Source: Gammaproteobacteria bacterium
GTDB taxonomy: Bacteria > Pseudomonadota > Gammaproteobacteria > GCA-002705445 > GCA-002716945
DNA: 64,000 nt
Assembly: GCA_030835925.1 (NCBI GenBank)
Contig: JAURQW010000012.1
Location: 3,500 to 67,499 of the forward strand
Direction of reading: 5' to 3'
How positions within the stretch are numbered: the stretch's first letter is position 1; the number at the start of each line of letters is the position of its first letter. A program made the position numbers and the translations under genes. The notes beneath the pieces were generated by a model. It was not told the DNA's origin. It saw only the letters and a program-made list of their open reading frames with translations, and searched no databases. Shown here piece after piece: positions 1 to 9,420 of this stretch.

Positions 1-1
1 G

Positions 2-649
2 ATTTTAATTATGTTTAATAAAAATTTAAGAAACGAATACCTTGATTTTAATATTAAATACATAACAATTATAACCCTTCTTTTTGGTCTATTCTTTTAT
101 AATTCTGGTTCGTTAACAAGAATGCAAAATGCATATGAATCTACCTATAATTATATTTACGATGATGCTCAACATCATTGGCGCCATAAAGACAGCATAG
201 TCCCAAGACTGAGCATATGGAATGGTTCCTTAAATATGATTTATGATAATACTATGCTTGGCGTAGGTTTATCAAACTATAATAATGAATTAAACAATCA
301 AATTATTGCTGGTAAGATCGAACCTATTAGACAAGACCGATCTAATTATACTGCTGGGATGAACCATTCACATAATCAGTTCTTAGATGTTTTTGCAAAA
401 ACTGGTATCATTGGCTTCCTAACTTTAATGTACTTTGTTTTATCAAATTATTATTATTTTTATCATAATTTAAAAAATAATAGAGATAATGTAGCTGGTT
501 TTATGGGCTTAGTAGTATTAACATCTTATCTGTCTTATATGATGTATCATACGATATTATCTCATCAGCAGTCAGTATTATTCATGACATTTTCATTGGC
601 AATCTTTGCTGGATTATCATATTCTAATGCACATGAGAAAAAGGATTAA
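2..649 (+). CDS. O-antigen ligase / Wzy_C-family membrane protein, C-terminal part (5' end outside the window)
   Basis: The frame is open to the window edge. NHSHNQFLDVFAKTGIIGF resembles the O-antigen-ligase (Wzy_C) loop motif and is followed by hydrophobic helices. Confidence 0.6.
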   Translation: MLIMFNKNLRNEYLDFNIKYITIITLLFGLFFYNSGSLTRMQNAYESTYNYIYDDAQHHWRHKDSIVPRLSIWNGSLNMIYDNTMLGVGLSNYNNELNNQIIAGKIEPIRQDRSNYTAGMNHSHNQFLDVFAKTGIIGFLTLMYFVLSNYYYFYHNLKNNRDNVAGFMGLVVLTSYLSYMMYHTILSHQQSVLFMTFSLAIFAGLSYSNAHEKKD

Positions 650-652
650 ACA

Positions 653-1984
653 ATGAATATTACAATAATTGGATGTGGTTATGTTGGGCTTGTCTCTGGT
701 ACATGTCTGTCAGATATAGGGCATAATGTTATATGTATTGATATCAATAAAAATAAAATTAATAGTTTAAAAAAAGGCATTATACCGATTTATGAAGATG
801 GCCTTGAAAAAATGATTGCTTTTAACACTAAGAAAAAAAGGCTCTCATTTACAACATCCTACAAAGAGGCAATTTCTCATTCCGACATTATATTTCTATG
901 CGTGGATACTCCATCTAATAAAGATGGCACAGCTGATCTAACAAGTATCAAAAATACATGTGTCTCGATAAGTAAACATATGACTTCTAATAAAATCATA
1001 GTTGAGAAATCTAGTGTTCCAGTAGGAACATCTGATATGATTCATAAAATTATTTCTACAAATCTGAGAAAGAATAATAAAAAACTTAACTTCGATGTTG
1101 TATCTAATCCAGAATTTCTTAAAGAAGGTTCAGCAATAATTGATTTTATGAAACCAGATAGGATTATTATTGGCATAGATGATATTAAGCTGAAACCTAT
1201 CTTTGATGAAATATATTTACCTTTTAATAGAAAATTTGACAAAATTCAATATATGGATATCAAATCTGCCGAGCTTACAAAATATGCAGCGAATGCAATG
1301 TTAGCAACTAAAATTAGTTTTATTAATGAAATTGCTAATATCGCTGATAAGCTTGGCGTGGATATTGAAAATATCCGCAAGGGTATTGGCGCAGATAAGA
1401 GAATTGGAACTGAATTTCTTTATCCAGGCTGCGGGTATGGTGGATCTTGTTTTCCAAAAGATATAAAGGCTTTGATATCTACATCTAAAGCTAATAAATA
1501 TAATGCAAAATTACTTAGATCGGTTGACGAGGTAAATGATGCTCAGAAAGAAATTTTATCCCAAAAAATATCATCACACTTCAAAAATAAACTTTCAGGA
1601 AAAACTTTTGGCGTATGGGGTTTAGCTTTTAAACCAAATACAGATGATGTGCGATTTGCACCAAGCATCAACCTCATTGACTACTTACTTGCTAATCAAG
1701 CCATAGTAAATGCATATGATCCGATTGCTTCTATTAAAAAAAGTCTTAAACATAAATCGCGTAATTACAAAGAAGTCAGTACTGCAATAAAAGCTATTAA
1801 AAGTGCCGATGGATTAATTATATGCACTGAATGGAAAGAGTTCTGGTCATTAGATATAAAACTATTTCTAAAATATATGAAGCAACCTCTAATATTTGAT
1901 GGAAGAAATATATTTTCTCCGCAAAAAATGAGAGATAGCGGTATTATTTACTATGGTATCGGTCGTGGTGGCAAAACTCCATAA
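653..1984 (+). CDS. ugd: UDP-glucose 6-dehydrogenase
   Basis: 443 aa with N-terminal Rossmann IIGCGYVGLVSG, catalytic-Cys motif GYGGSCFPKD and the UDP-glucose/GDP-mannose dehydrogenase layout. Confidence 0.9.
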   Translation: MNITIIGCGYVGLVSGTCLSDIGHNVICIDINKNKINSLKKGIIPIYEDGLEKMIAFNTKKKRLSFTTSYKEAISHSDIIFLCVDTPSNKDGTADLTSIKNTCVSISKHMTSNKIIVEKSSVPVGTSDMIHKIISTNLRKNNKKLNFDVVSNPEFLKEGSAIIDFMKPDRIIIGIDDIKLKPIFDEIYLPFNRKFDKIQYMDIKSAELTKYAANAMLATKISFINEIANIADKLGVDIENIRKGIGADKRIGTEFLYPGCGYGGSCFPKDIKALISTSKANKYNAKLLRSVDEVNDAQKEILSQKISSHFKNKLSGKTFGVWGLAFKPNTDDVRFAPSINLIDYLLANQAIVNAYDPIASIKKSLKHKSRNYKEVSTAIKAIKSADGLIICTEWKEFWSLDIKLFLKYMKQPLIFDGRNIFSPQKMRDSGIIYYGIGRGGKTP

Positions 1985-2052
1985 TCTTTGATAAATGCTT
2001 GCTTACTAGCCATAATTAAGCTAAATTTATATGTTCATACGGTGAACGCATA

Positions 2053-2544
2053 ATGTGGGTTGTTGCAAAAACAAAAGGGGGCCAAGAGAATAGGGCATTT
2101 CAAAACCTTGATAATCAGGGCTTTGATGTCTTTTTGCCACGTTTTGAAACAAAAAAATTTAAAAATAATGCTTGGCTGTCTCATCATGAGTTGATGTTTC
2201 CAGGGTATATATTCATCAATCTTGACTGTAATTATAATAAAGCACATAAAATTAATAATACATTAGGTATTTACAAACTCTTGATGGATTCTTACTCGGG
2301 TTCCCCATCGATTTTACCAGATAATATTATAGATGAAATAAAAGATAATATAAATAAATCATTATATATCAATAATATAAATGTAGGTGATAATGTAGTT
2401 TATACTAAAGGCACCTTATCGAATATCGTTGGCACTGTGATTGAGATGTCTAGTAAATCAAGAATAAGATTATTGATTGATTTGATTAGCACAAAACAAG
2501 AGGTCTCTGTTGACCCCTCGGACATACAAAGAGTATACGGTTAG
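2053..2544 (+). CDS. rfaH: NusG-family operon-specific antiterminator, RfaH-like
   Basis: 163 aa with a NusG-NTD-like N-terminus (WVVAKTKGGQENRAFQNL..FLPRF..MFPGYIFINLD) and a KOW-like C-terminus (VGDNVVYTKGTLSNIVGTVIE). An exact ops site lies 43 nt downstream. Confidence 0.75.
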   Translation: MWVVAKTKGGQENRAFQNLDNQGFDVFLPRFETKKFKNNAWLSHHELMFPGYIFINLDCNYNKAHKINNTLGIYKLLMDSYSGSPSILPDNIIDEIKDNINKSLYINNINVGDNVVYTKGTLSNIVGTVIEMSSKSRIRLLIDLISTKQEVSVDPSDIQRVYG

Positions 2545-2564
2545 CTAAAACGTATATTTTTAAA

Positions 2565-2587
2565 ACATCTAATTTTCTGTTAGATGT
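2565..2587 (+). promoter_or_regulatory. Hairpin (ACATCTA - 9 nt loop - TAGATGT) abutting the 5' side of ops; JUMPstart-like leader structure
   Basis: Perfect 7-bp inverted repeat read directly from the sequence, ending 1 nt before ops. Confidence 0.4.
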
Positions 2588-2599
2588 GGCGGTAGCGTG
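2588..2599 (+). promoter_or_regulatory. ops: ops (operon polarity suppressor) element GGCGGTAGCGTG, the RfaH recruitment site
   Basis: Exact 12/12 match to the enterobacterial ops/JUMPstart core as I recall it. It is a GC-rich 12-mer in very AT-rich DNA, placed between the rfaH-like gene and the first glycan gene. Confidence 0.8.
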
Positions 2600-2612
2600 G
2601 AAAAAAATATTA

Positions 2613-3527
2613 ATGATGACTGTTTCTGTAGTTATACCTTTTTATAATGAGTCTGAGTCTATTAAAGAAACTCTTTCTTGTCTAGATAATCAAGAATATT
2701 CACCACATGAAGTTATATTCGTTGATTCTGGGTCAACTGATAATACATCGGAAATTATAAATAACCATATTGATAAGCTCAATAAAAATAATTATCGAGT
2801 AATTTACTGCGGTGAAATGAGTCCAAGTTCGTCATTAAATAGAGGGATAAAAGAATCAAGTTCAGAATTAATTGCATATATTGATTGCGGATTGAATATA
2901 CCGTCTAATTGGTTAATTGAAAGTCTTGGAATTATGGAAACACATAATTGCGGTATTGTGTCTTTGCGAATAAAAACTAACGGTACTTCACTCATAGACA
3001 AATCATTTATTGCACAAACATATGGTCTAGCGTCACATACAACATGTTTACCAGGCTCTTTGATAAAGAAAAGCGTGATAGAACAAATAGGGGGTTTGAT
3101 AACTAAGACTAGAGCGAGTTATGATGTTGATTTTATAAATAAAATTAAAAAAAACAATATTAAGAGAGTTATTAATACAAAAACAATAATAAATTACTTT
3201 GGTGTTAATTATGCAGATAATTTAATATCGGGCTCAAAGAAAGTATATAGTTATTCGTTAAACGCTTGGAATGCAGAAGGCGATTATAAACCATACATTT
3301 ATCTGCTGAGTTTAAGTGTACTTTTTATATCATATATATATGATTTACACTATCATGCCATAATTGCTTATTTCGCTCTGCGGGGCTACATAACTCCTAT
3401 TATAAAATCAAAAATAATATCATTTTTTAGTGAACCATCTTTACTATTTACCATGCCGATTACTGGTTTAATTATAGATGTTAGTAGGTTAACAGGTTAC
3501 ATCAAGTCTTATAAATTTCATGACTAA
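2613..3527 (+). CDS. Family-2 glycosyltransferase with C-terminal membrane segments (GtrB/ArnC-like polyprenyl-phosphate glycosyltransferase architecture)
   Basis: VSVVIPFYNESESIKETL and VIFVDSGSTDNT (GT2 signature region), plus hydrophobic C-terminal stretches. I moved the start from GTG 2586 to ATG 2613 so that ops lies in the leader. Confidence 0.7.
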   Translation: MMTVSVVIPFYNESESIKETLSCLDNQEYSPHEVIFVDSGSTDNTSEIINNHIDKLNKNNYRVIYCGEMSPSSSLNRGIKESSSELIAYIDCGLNIPSNWLIESLGIMETHNCGIVSLRIKTNGTSLIDKSFIAQTYGLASHTTCLPGSLIKKSVIEQIGGLITKTRASYDVDFINKIKKNNIKRVINTKTIINYFGVNYADNLISGSKKVYSYSLNAWNAEGDYKPYIYLLSLSVLFISYIYDLHYHAIIAYFALRGYITPIIKSKIISFFSEPSLLFTMPITGLIIDVSRLTGYIKSYKFHD

Positions 3528-3918
3528 TAGAAAAAATATATCTAACTCTAAAAACTCAGATACAGATCTTGCTGTATTAAGATATTTAGAAAATAAACAA
3601 ACAATTAGTCAACGTGAGTTATCTAATGATCTAGGTATAAGCTTAGGCAAGATTAATTTTATATTAAAAGCACTGATTAAAAAGGGAATAGTAAAAGCTA
3701 AGAACTTCAAAAATAATAATAATAAAAGTGTGTATGCATACTATCTTACTGCAGATGGTCTTAATGAAAAAGCTAAATTGACTCTTGAGTTTTTTAAAAG
3801 AAAAAATACAGAATACAATAAATTAAAAAAAGAATTAAAAGATTTACAGCAAGAGATTACACTCTTAGATAGAAGAAAATCAAAAGAAAATATTACTGAT
3901 ATTGATATAGATGAATAA
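3520..3918 (+). CDS. MarR-type winged-helix regulator of the EPS-locus-associated kind
   Basis: 132 aa with a wHTH (LAVLRYLENKQTISQRELSNDLGISLGKINFILKALIKKGIV) and a coiled-coil tail. It overlaps both neighbours by 8 nt. Confidence 0.65.
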   Translation: MTNRKNISNSKNSDTDLAVLRYLENKQTISQRELSNDLGISLGKINFILKALIKKGIVKAKNFKNNNNKSVYAYYLTADGLNEKAKLTLEFFKRKNTEYNKLKKELKDLQQEITLLDRRKSKENITDIDIDE

Positions 3919-4750
3919 TAGCTTGATTATCACTGGAGCCTCGGGTTTTATTGGTTCTCATATAATGAGTTTTATAAAATCTCTTAATATTTCATTTTTA
4001 GGATTTTCAAGACAGAAGAATTACAATAATCTTCAATGGACAAAAGATTATATGGACATAGGTTTAAAAGCAGACAAGAATCAAATTTGTATACATCTTG
4101 CTGGCAATAATATTATAAGCTCCATGGATGATAGTGAGATTGAGCTAACAAAATATTTGGCTGATTTATTTGGCTACAATTTAGTATACATCTCTAGTTC
4201 TTATGTATATGGTAAAAATCATAAATCACTTATAACTGAATTAGATAGCCTAGATGCGGTTAATAATTATTCAAGAAGAAAAGCTCTTTGTGAGGAAATC
4301 GTTATCAACAATTCTGGAAGCGTGCTTAGACTATCAAATGTTTATGGCTCTGGGATGACTAATAATATTTTTAATCATATTTATAAAGAATTTATGAGTC
4401 AGAATAAAATAGTGAAAATTAATAATGCTCTAAACACCAGAGATTTCATACACGTAAGTGATATATGTTCAGCTATTACAACCTACATAACAGACATAAA
4501 ATCTGGTATTTATAATATAGGTACAGGAGAGGGAACTTCAATCAAAGACTTATGTAATATCTTTGCTGCTAAACTCAAAGTTAATAAATCAGCATATCAT
4601 GTCAAATCAATTTCTCAAGACGATACTATGCTGGTCTTAGATTCTAATAAGTTTCGTAATAGCTATAATTGGGAACCTAAAATAAATATAGATGCTGGAA
4701 TAGCATCTTGGGTAAAAGATTATAAAAGAGAGTTATCAGATGCTAAATAA
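3911..4750 (+). CDS. NAD-dependent sugar epimerase/dehydratase (extended SDR)
   Basis: IITGASGFIGSHI glycine-rich NAD motif and YSRRK (YxxxK). Confidence 0.7.
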   Translation: MNNSLIITGASGFIGSHIMSFIKSLNISFLGFSRQKNYNNLQWTKDYMDIGLKADKNQICIHLAGNNIISSMDDSEIELTKYLADLFGYNLVYISSSYVYGKNHKSLITELDSLDAVNNYSRRKALCEEIVINNSGSVLRLSNVYGSGMTNNIFNHIYKEFMSQNKIVKINNALNTRDFIHVSDICSAITTYITDIKSGIYNIGTGEGTSIKDLCNIFAAKLKVNKSAYHVKSISQDDTMLVLDSNKFRNSYNWEPKINIDAGIASWVKDYKRELSDAK

Positions 4751-4851
4751 TAAAAGAATATTAAATACCTGCAATAATAGAACATAAGTATACTTACGGC
4801 TAGATTACTATTGTCTCTAATTTGTAATTATAAAGACCATAAAAAAAGTTG

Positions 4852-5853
4852 ATGAAGAGTAAATTAATAACCGCTGAATTTTTAATGATTGGAAGTGGAA
4901 ACATTGCATTACAACACATTTATGCAATTATAAGTTATAAAAAAAATAGCAAAGTACATCTATTAAAAAGAAGTAGTGCTGTTAATAATATTAGAGTACA
5001 AAATGCATGTGAAACAGTATCATCAGATATCCATAACTTTATACCATTAACTACAAAATCAGTCGCAATAATCACTTCTCCAGCATCGAAACATATTGAT
5101 GATGCGATAATATTAGCAAAGAAAGGGTTTCACTTATTAATAGAAAAACCACTTATGATATCTCGAAAAGGTTATCAAAAACTAATTAATATAACTAATA
5201 AAAAACTATTGTGCACACATGTTGCTTATAATTTAAGATTTAATAATTTAATAATAAATCTTAAAAAAATTATTGATAGTAATATCCATGGAAGAATATT
5301 AAATGTTGATATCAGTATTACCAGTAACTTCAAAAAATGGAGACCAAATAAAAACTACTATGAGACTGTAAGTGCTCAGAAAAAATTTGGTGGTGGAGTT
5401 ATTAATGAACTATCACATGATTTTGATTATATGTTATATTTATTTGGCAAACCTATTGCAGTGACATCGGAACTTTCATATTCAAGAGACAAAAGGATTG
5501 ATGTTGAAACCAAGTCTATTAATTCTTTTAGATATAAAGATTTTTTAATAAATTTATACCAAGATATGTGTTCTGATAAAGAAGAGCGTAAATGTATCGT
5601 TGACTTTGAAAAGGCAAAAATAGTTTTAGATTTTAATAAAAATAAAATATGTGTCATTAAAGATCAGAAAAAAAAATATATAATAAAGAAAGATGCTATG
5701 GCATCAACATATAAAAATCAGTTTGACTATTTCATGAAATGTGTAAAATCAAAAAGCAAATCATCTATGAGTATTAGTGATAATAAATTATTATTCAAAA
5801 CATTAAGTTCAGTTAAACTTTCACATAAAAATAGCAAAGAGATAAGAATATGA
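4852..5853 (+). CDS. Gfo/Idh/MocA-family oxidoreductase
   Basis: N-terminal Rossmann-like MIGSGNIALQHI and the EKP motif (LLIEKPL) typical of the family. ATG 4852 is preferred over TTG 4849. Confidence 0.6.
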   Translation: MKSKLITAEFLMIGSGNIALQHIYAIISYKKNSKVHLLKRSSAVNNIRVQNACETVSSDIHNFIPLTTKSVAIITSPASKHIDDAIILAKKGFHLLIEKPLMISRKGYQKLINITNKKLLCTHVAYNLRFNNLIINLKKIIDSNIHGRILNVDISITSNFKKWRPNKNYYETVSAQKKFGGGVINELSHDFDYMLYLFGKPIAVTSELSYSRDKRIDVETKSINSFRYKDFLINLYQDMCSDKEERKCIVDFEKAKIVLDFNKNKICVIKDQKKKYIIKKDAMASTYKNQFDYFMKCVKSKSKSSMSISDNKLLFKTLSSVKLSHKNSKEIRI

Positions 5854-6545
5854 ATGAGAAAACGGTAGCATTTATTTTTGCAAGATCAGGTTCCAAAGGA
5901 GTAAAAAATAAGAATATTCAATTAATTAACAATATACCTCTCATTGGATACTCAATAAACATTGCAAAGGACTCTAATCTATTTTCTGATATTGTAGTAT
6001 CAACTGATTCAAAGGAGATTGCTGATATAGCTAACTTATATGGAGCGAGCACACCTTTTAATAGACCGGCTGATCTGGCAACAGATGAGTCTGCTGAGTG
6101 GTTATCTTGGCAGCATGCTGTTAAATCATATATGAATATAGCTAAGTTTGATTATTTCTTTAGTTTGCCCGTCACATCCCCATTAAGAAGCAAGGATGAT
6201 ATATTAATGATGAAGAATTATTTCATGGATAATAGTTATGATATTGTTCTTGGCATGATAGAATCTCCTAGATCACCATATTTCAATATAGTGAAGAAAA
6301 AAGATGATGGCTCTATAGAGAGAGTTATTGATTTGGAAAATACTATTAGCAGAAGGCAGGATGCCCCAAAAACTTATGATGTAACAACAACTGGATATAT
6401 CACGACGCCAGACTATATTTTGAATAATAATAATTTGTTTGATGGTAATGTAGGTGGCTATCAAATACCTATAAATAGAAGTTTAGATATTGATAGTGAA
6501 TATGACTTAATGATTGCGCGGAAAATGCTTGAAACTAATGAGTAA
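5850..6545 (+). CDS. Acylneuraminate-type cytidylyltransferase (CMP-nonulosonate synthetase, LegF/PtmB-like)
   Basis: AFIFARSGSKGVKNKNI N-terminal motif of the CMP-NeuAc synthetase family; 231 aa. Confidence 0.8.
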   Translation: MNEKTVAFIFARSGSKGVKNKNIQLINNIPLIGYSINIAKDSNLFSDIVVSTDSKEIADIANLYGASTPFNRPADLATDESAEWLSWQHAVKSYMNIAKFDYFFSLPVTSPLRSKDDILMMKNYFMDNSYDIVLGMIESPRSPYFNIVKKKDDGSIERVIDLENTISRRQDAPKTYDVTTTGYITTPDYILNNNNLFDGNVGGYQIPINRSLDIDSEYDLMIARKMLETNE

Positions 6546-7332
6546 TATATTTGATAATTCAATTAAAGGCAAAGTAGTTCTAATAACTGGAGCATCGGGA
6601 TATATTGGAAGAAACACAGCTCATGCTTTATCAAATTACGGCGCAAATTTAATTCTAGTAGATACAAATCAAAAGAAATTAAAAGATCTAAAGATTTCAA
6701 TTGAGAGTAATAATTCAAGTGTCGATATAATATGCAAAGATCTAACAAAAAAAGGCTCTATCGAGCTAATTAAAAAAATGATTGAGAAGAAATATAAAAA
6801 ACTAGATATATTGATAAACTCAATTGGCTTTGTAGGCACATCTAAAATGAAAGGCTGGAATACAAATTTTAAAAATCAATCCAAACCAGCATGGGATTGT
6901 TCGATAGAGACAAACATGACTTCTATTTTCTTTTTGATACAAGCTCTTCATGTATTAATGAAAAAACCAAAAAGCGCATCAATAGTGAATATTTCTTCTA
7001 TGTATGGTGAGTATGCTCCTGATAAAAATATATATAAAGGGACAAAGATTAATAATCCAGCCGCATACTCTGTAGCAAAAGCAGGTTTAAATCATATGAC
7101 TAAATGGCTTGCTGTTGAATTAGGACCAAAAATAAGAGTCAATGCGATATCCCCAGGTGGATTATTTAGAAATCAAGAAAGAATGTTTGTTAAAAAGTAT
7201 ACTGAGAAAACTTTATTAAAGAGAATGGCTACAGAAGATGATATCATCGGACCTATAATATTTTTTGCATCGGATATGTCTAAATATATTACAGGACAAA
7301 ACTTAATTGTTGATGGAGGTTGGGGTACCTAA
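6538..7332 (+). CDS. Short-chain dehydrogenase/reductase (PtmA-like by position next to the CMP-synthetase)
   Basis: VVLITGASGYIGRN; YSVAKAG (YxxxK). ATG 6538 gives an ATGAGTAA overlap with the upstream stop. Confidence 0.7.
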   Translation: MSNIFDNSIKGKVVLITGASGYIGRNTAHALSNYGANLILVDTNQKKLKDLKISIESNNSSVDIICKDLTKKGSIELIKKMIEKKYKKLDILINSIGFVGTSKMKGWNTNFKNQSKPAWDCSIETNMTSIFFLIQALHVLMKKPKSASIVNISSMYGEYAPDKNIYKGTKINNPAAYSVAKAGLNHMTKWLAVELGPKIRVNAISPGGLFRNQERMFVKKYTEKTLLKRMATEDDIIGPIIFFASDMSKYITGQNLIVDGGWGT

Positions 7333-7336
7333 GAAA

Positions 7337-8653
7337 ATGACTATACAAAAGATAATAAATTATCCAAATACGATAGATTATACTGAACACAAAAAAGATA
7401 GTTCGAGTATAGCTAAATACGGATTACCAAAAGATATAAAGTATTGTAAAAAATGTGTAATATCAAATCAACGCCCTAATACAACTGTTGAATTCAAACA
7501 TACAGCAAATTCAAAAAAAACTACAATAAACTTCAATAGCGAAGGAGTATGTGATGCTTGTGTAGTCACAGAGAAAAAAAATCAAGACATAGACTGGAAA
7601 GAAAGAGAAAGAGAATTAATTTCTTTGTGTGATAAATATAGAAGCAGAAATGGTAATTATGATTGTTTGGTTCCTGGTTCTGGTGGGAAAGATAGTTTTT
7701 ATGCATCTCACATATTAAAGTATAAATTTAACATGAATCCTTTAACTGTAACTTGGGCGCCAAACATATATACTGACTGGGGATGGTCTAACTTTCAAGC
7801 TTGGATCCATTCAGGTATGGATAATTATTTGATGACTCCGAATGGAAGGACTCATCGGCTACTTACTCGTCTCGCTGTTGATAACTTACTGCATCCATTC
7901 CAACCATTTATCTTAGGGCAAAAATGTTTTGCGCCCAAAATGGCAATTAAATTTAACATACCATTAATATTTTACGGAGAACAAGAAGCAGAATATGGCA
8001 CTCCAGTGAATGAGGCAATGTCTTCTAAACGAGATTGGACCTTTTCATCTGTTAAAAAGAGAGATGAGATGTATTTTGGTGGGATATCGTATGAATCATT
8101 GAAAAAAGATTTTGGACTTTCTGATACAGACTTATCGATATATATACCTGAAAATATCAAAAATATTAAATCTACATCACTAGATTTTAGATACTTGGGT
8201 TATTATTTAAAATGGCATCCGCAGTCAAATTACTATTATGCTGCTGAGCATAGTAATTTCAAAGCCGCTCCGGAGAGAACGCTTGGTACATATAGTAAAT
8301 ATAATAGTATTGATGATAAGATTGATGATTTCTTTTATTATACGATGGGAATTAAATTTGGAATAGGACGAGCAACAACAGACGCTGCGCAGGAAATTAG
8401 ATCAGGAGACATTACAAGAGAGGAAGGCGTTCTTTTAGTAAATAAATTTGATCATGAGTATCCTGATAGGTTTGCAGATGAAATATTTAACTACCTAACA
8501 ATTAATAAAAATGAATTTCCAGTAGCACATAAAGAATTTGAAGAACCATTATTTAACTTAAAATATTTTAATGACTTGTGTAATTCATTCAGATCACCTC
8601 ATATATGGAAGTATAGCGATGGAAATTGGGTACTACGATTCCCACTCAAATAA
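7337..8653 (+). CDS. N-acetyl sugar amidotransferase (WbuX/PseA/WbpG family, PP-loop)
   Basis: CKKCVISNQRPN and GVCDACV Cys clusters, with PP-loop SGGKDS (LVPGSGGKDSFY). Confidence 0.8.
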   Translation: MTIQKIINYPNTIDYTEHKKDSSSIAKYGLPKDIKYCKKCVISNQRPNTTVEFKHTANSKKTTINFNSEGVCDACVVTEKKNQDIDWKERERELISLCDKYRSRNGNYDCLVPGSGGKDSFYASHILKYKFNMNPLTVTWAPNIYTDWGWSNFQAWIHSGMDNYLMTPNGRTHRLLTRLAVDNLLHPFQPFILGQKCFAPKMAIKFNIPLIFYGEQEAEYGTPVNEAMSSKRDWTFSSVKKRDEMYFGGISYESLKKDFGLSDTDLSIYIPENIKNIKSTSLDFRYLGYYLKWHPQSNYYYAAEHSNFKAAPERTLGTYSKYNSIDDKIDDFFYYTMGIKFGIGRATTDAAQEIRSGDITREEGVLLVNKFDHEYPDRFADEIFNYLTINKNEFPVAHKEFEEPLFNLKYFNDLCNSFRSPHIWKYSDGNWVLRFPLK

Positions 8654-8655
8654 TT

Positions 8656-9420
8656 ATGACTAGCAATGTTAGATTAATCGCAAGACTTGATATAAAAGGC
8701 CCAAATCTGATAAAAGGTATTCACTTAGAGGGTTTAAGGATAATTGGTGACCCAAATATATTTGCTAGAAAATATTATGATGCTGGTGTTGATGAGATTA
8801 TATACATGGATACTGTTGCAAGTCTTTATGGCAGAAATAATTTAAGTGATATTGTTAAGAAAACTGTAAAAGATGTTTATGTCCCTATAACGGTTGGTGG
8901 GGGAATTAGATCAATAGATGACGTAAAATATCTTCTTAGATGTGGTGCTGAGAAAGTAGCAATTAATACAGCGGCAACTAAGAATCCAGGATTAATTAAA
9001 GAAGTATCAAGAAAATTTGGGTCACAATGTATGGTTTTATCAATTGAGGCTAAACGCAAAGAGAATAGCTGGGAAGTGTATACTGAAAATGGGAGACAGA
9101 AAACTGGTTTAGATGTTATGGATTGGGTTAGAATAGGCGAGGATAATGAGGCTGGAGAAATCCTTCTAACGTCTGTTGATAATGAAGGAACAAAAAAAGG
9201 ATTTGATTATGAACTCATTAAAAAAGTTTCAGAATCAGTATCTATACCTGTTATTGCTAGTGGTGGTATGGGCGAATATGATCATTTAAATGAAGTTGTG
9301 AAAGAGTCATGTGCAGATGCAGTTGCCATGGCTGATATATTACACTATGAGAGGTCTACTATTCAGGAAATTAGAGAATATTGTATTAAAAGCAACATAA
9401 ATGTTAGAGATTATGAATAA
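8656..9420 (+). CDS. HisF-like cyclase subunit paralog (WbuZ-like), partner of the amidotransferase
   Basis: IARLDIKG..VKG, ITVGGGIRS and ASGGMG motifs of imidazole-glycerol-phosphate synthase HisF. The glycan-locus context points to the paralog, not the histidine pathway. Confidence 0.8.
   Translation: MTSNVRLIARLDIKGPNLIKGIHLEGLRIIGDPNIFARKYYDAGVDEIIYMDTVASLYGRNNLSDIVKKTVKDVYVPITVGGGIRSIDDVKYLLRCGAEKVAINTAATKNPGLIKEVSRKFGSQCMVLSIEAKRKENSWEVYTENGRQKTGLDVMDWVRIGEDNEAGEILLTSVDNEGTKKGFDYELIKKVSESVSIPVIASGGMGEYDHLNEVVKESCADAVAMADILHYERSTIQEIREYCIKSNINVRDYE

Noticed and set aside
2033-2047. Hairpin GTTCA-tacgg-TGAAC after ugd as a Rho-independent terminator
   Set aside because: The stem is only 5 bp and AT-rich, and no T-tract follows it.
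2586-2612. GTG 2586 as the start codon of the GT2 gene (as in the ORF track), which would place the ops motif inside coding sequence
   Set aside because: The GT2 fold begins at MMTVSVVIPFYNE (ATG 2613/2616). The extra 9 residues (MAVAWKKIL) merely translate the ops element. The leader interpretation is more parsimonious but remains unproven.
4786-4795. Perfect 10-bp palindrome AAGTATACTT in the 101-bp spacer as a regulator (for example MarR) operator
   Set aside because: A single short AT-rich palindrome is expected by chance in this composition. I mention it only as a test site.
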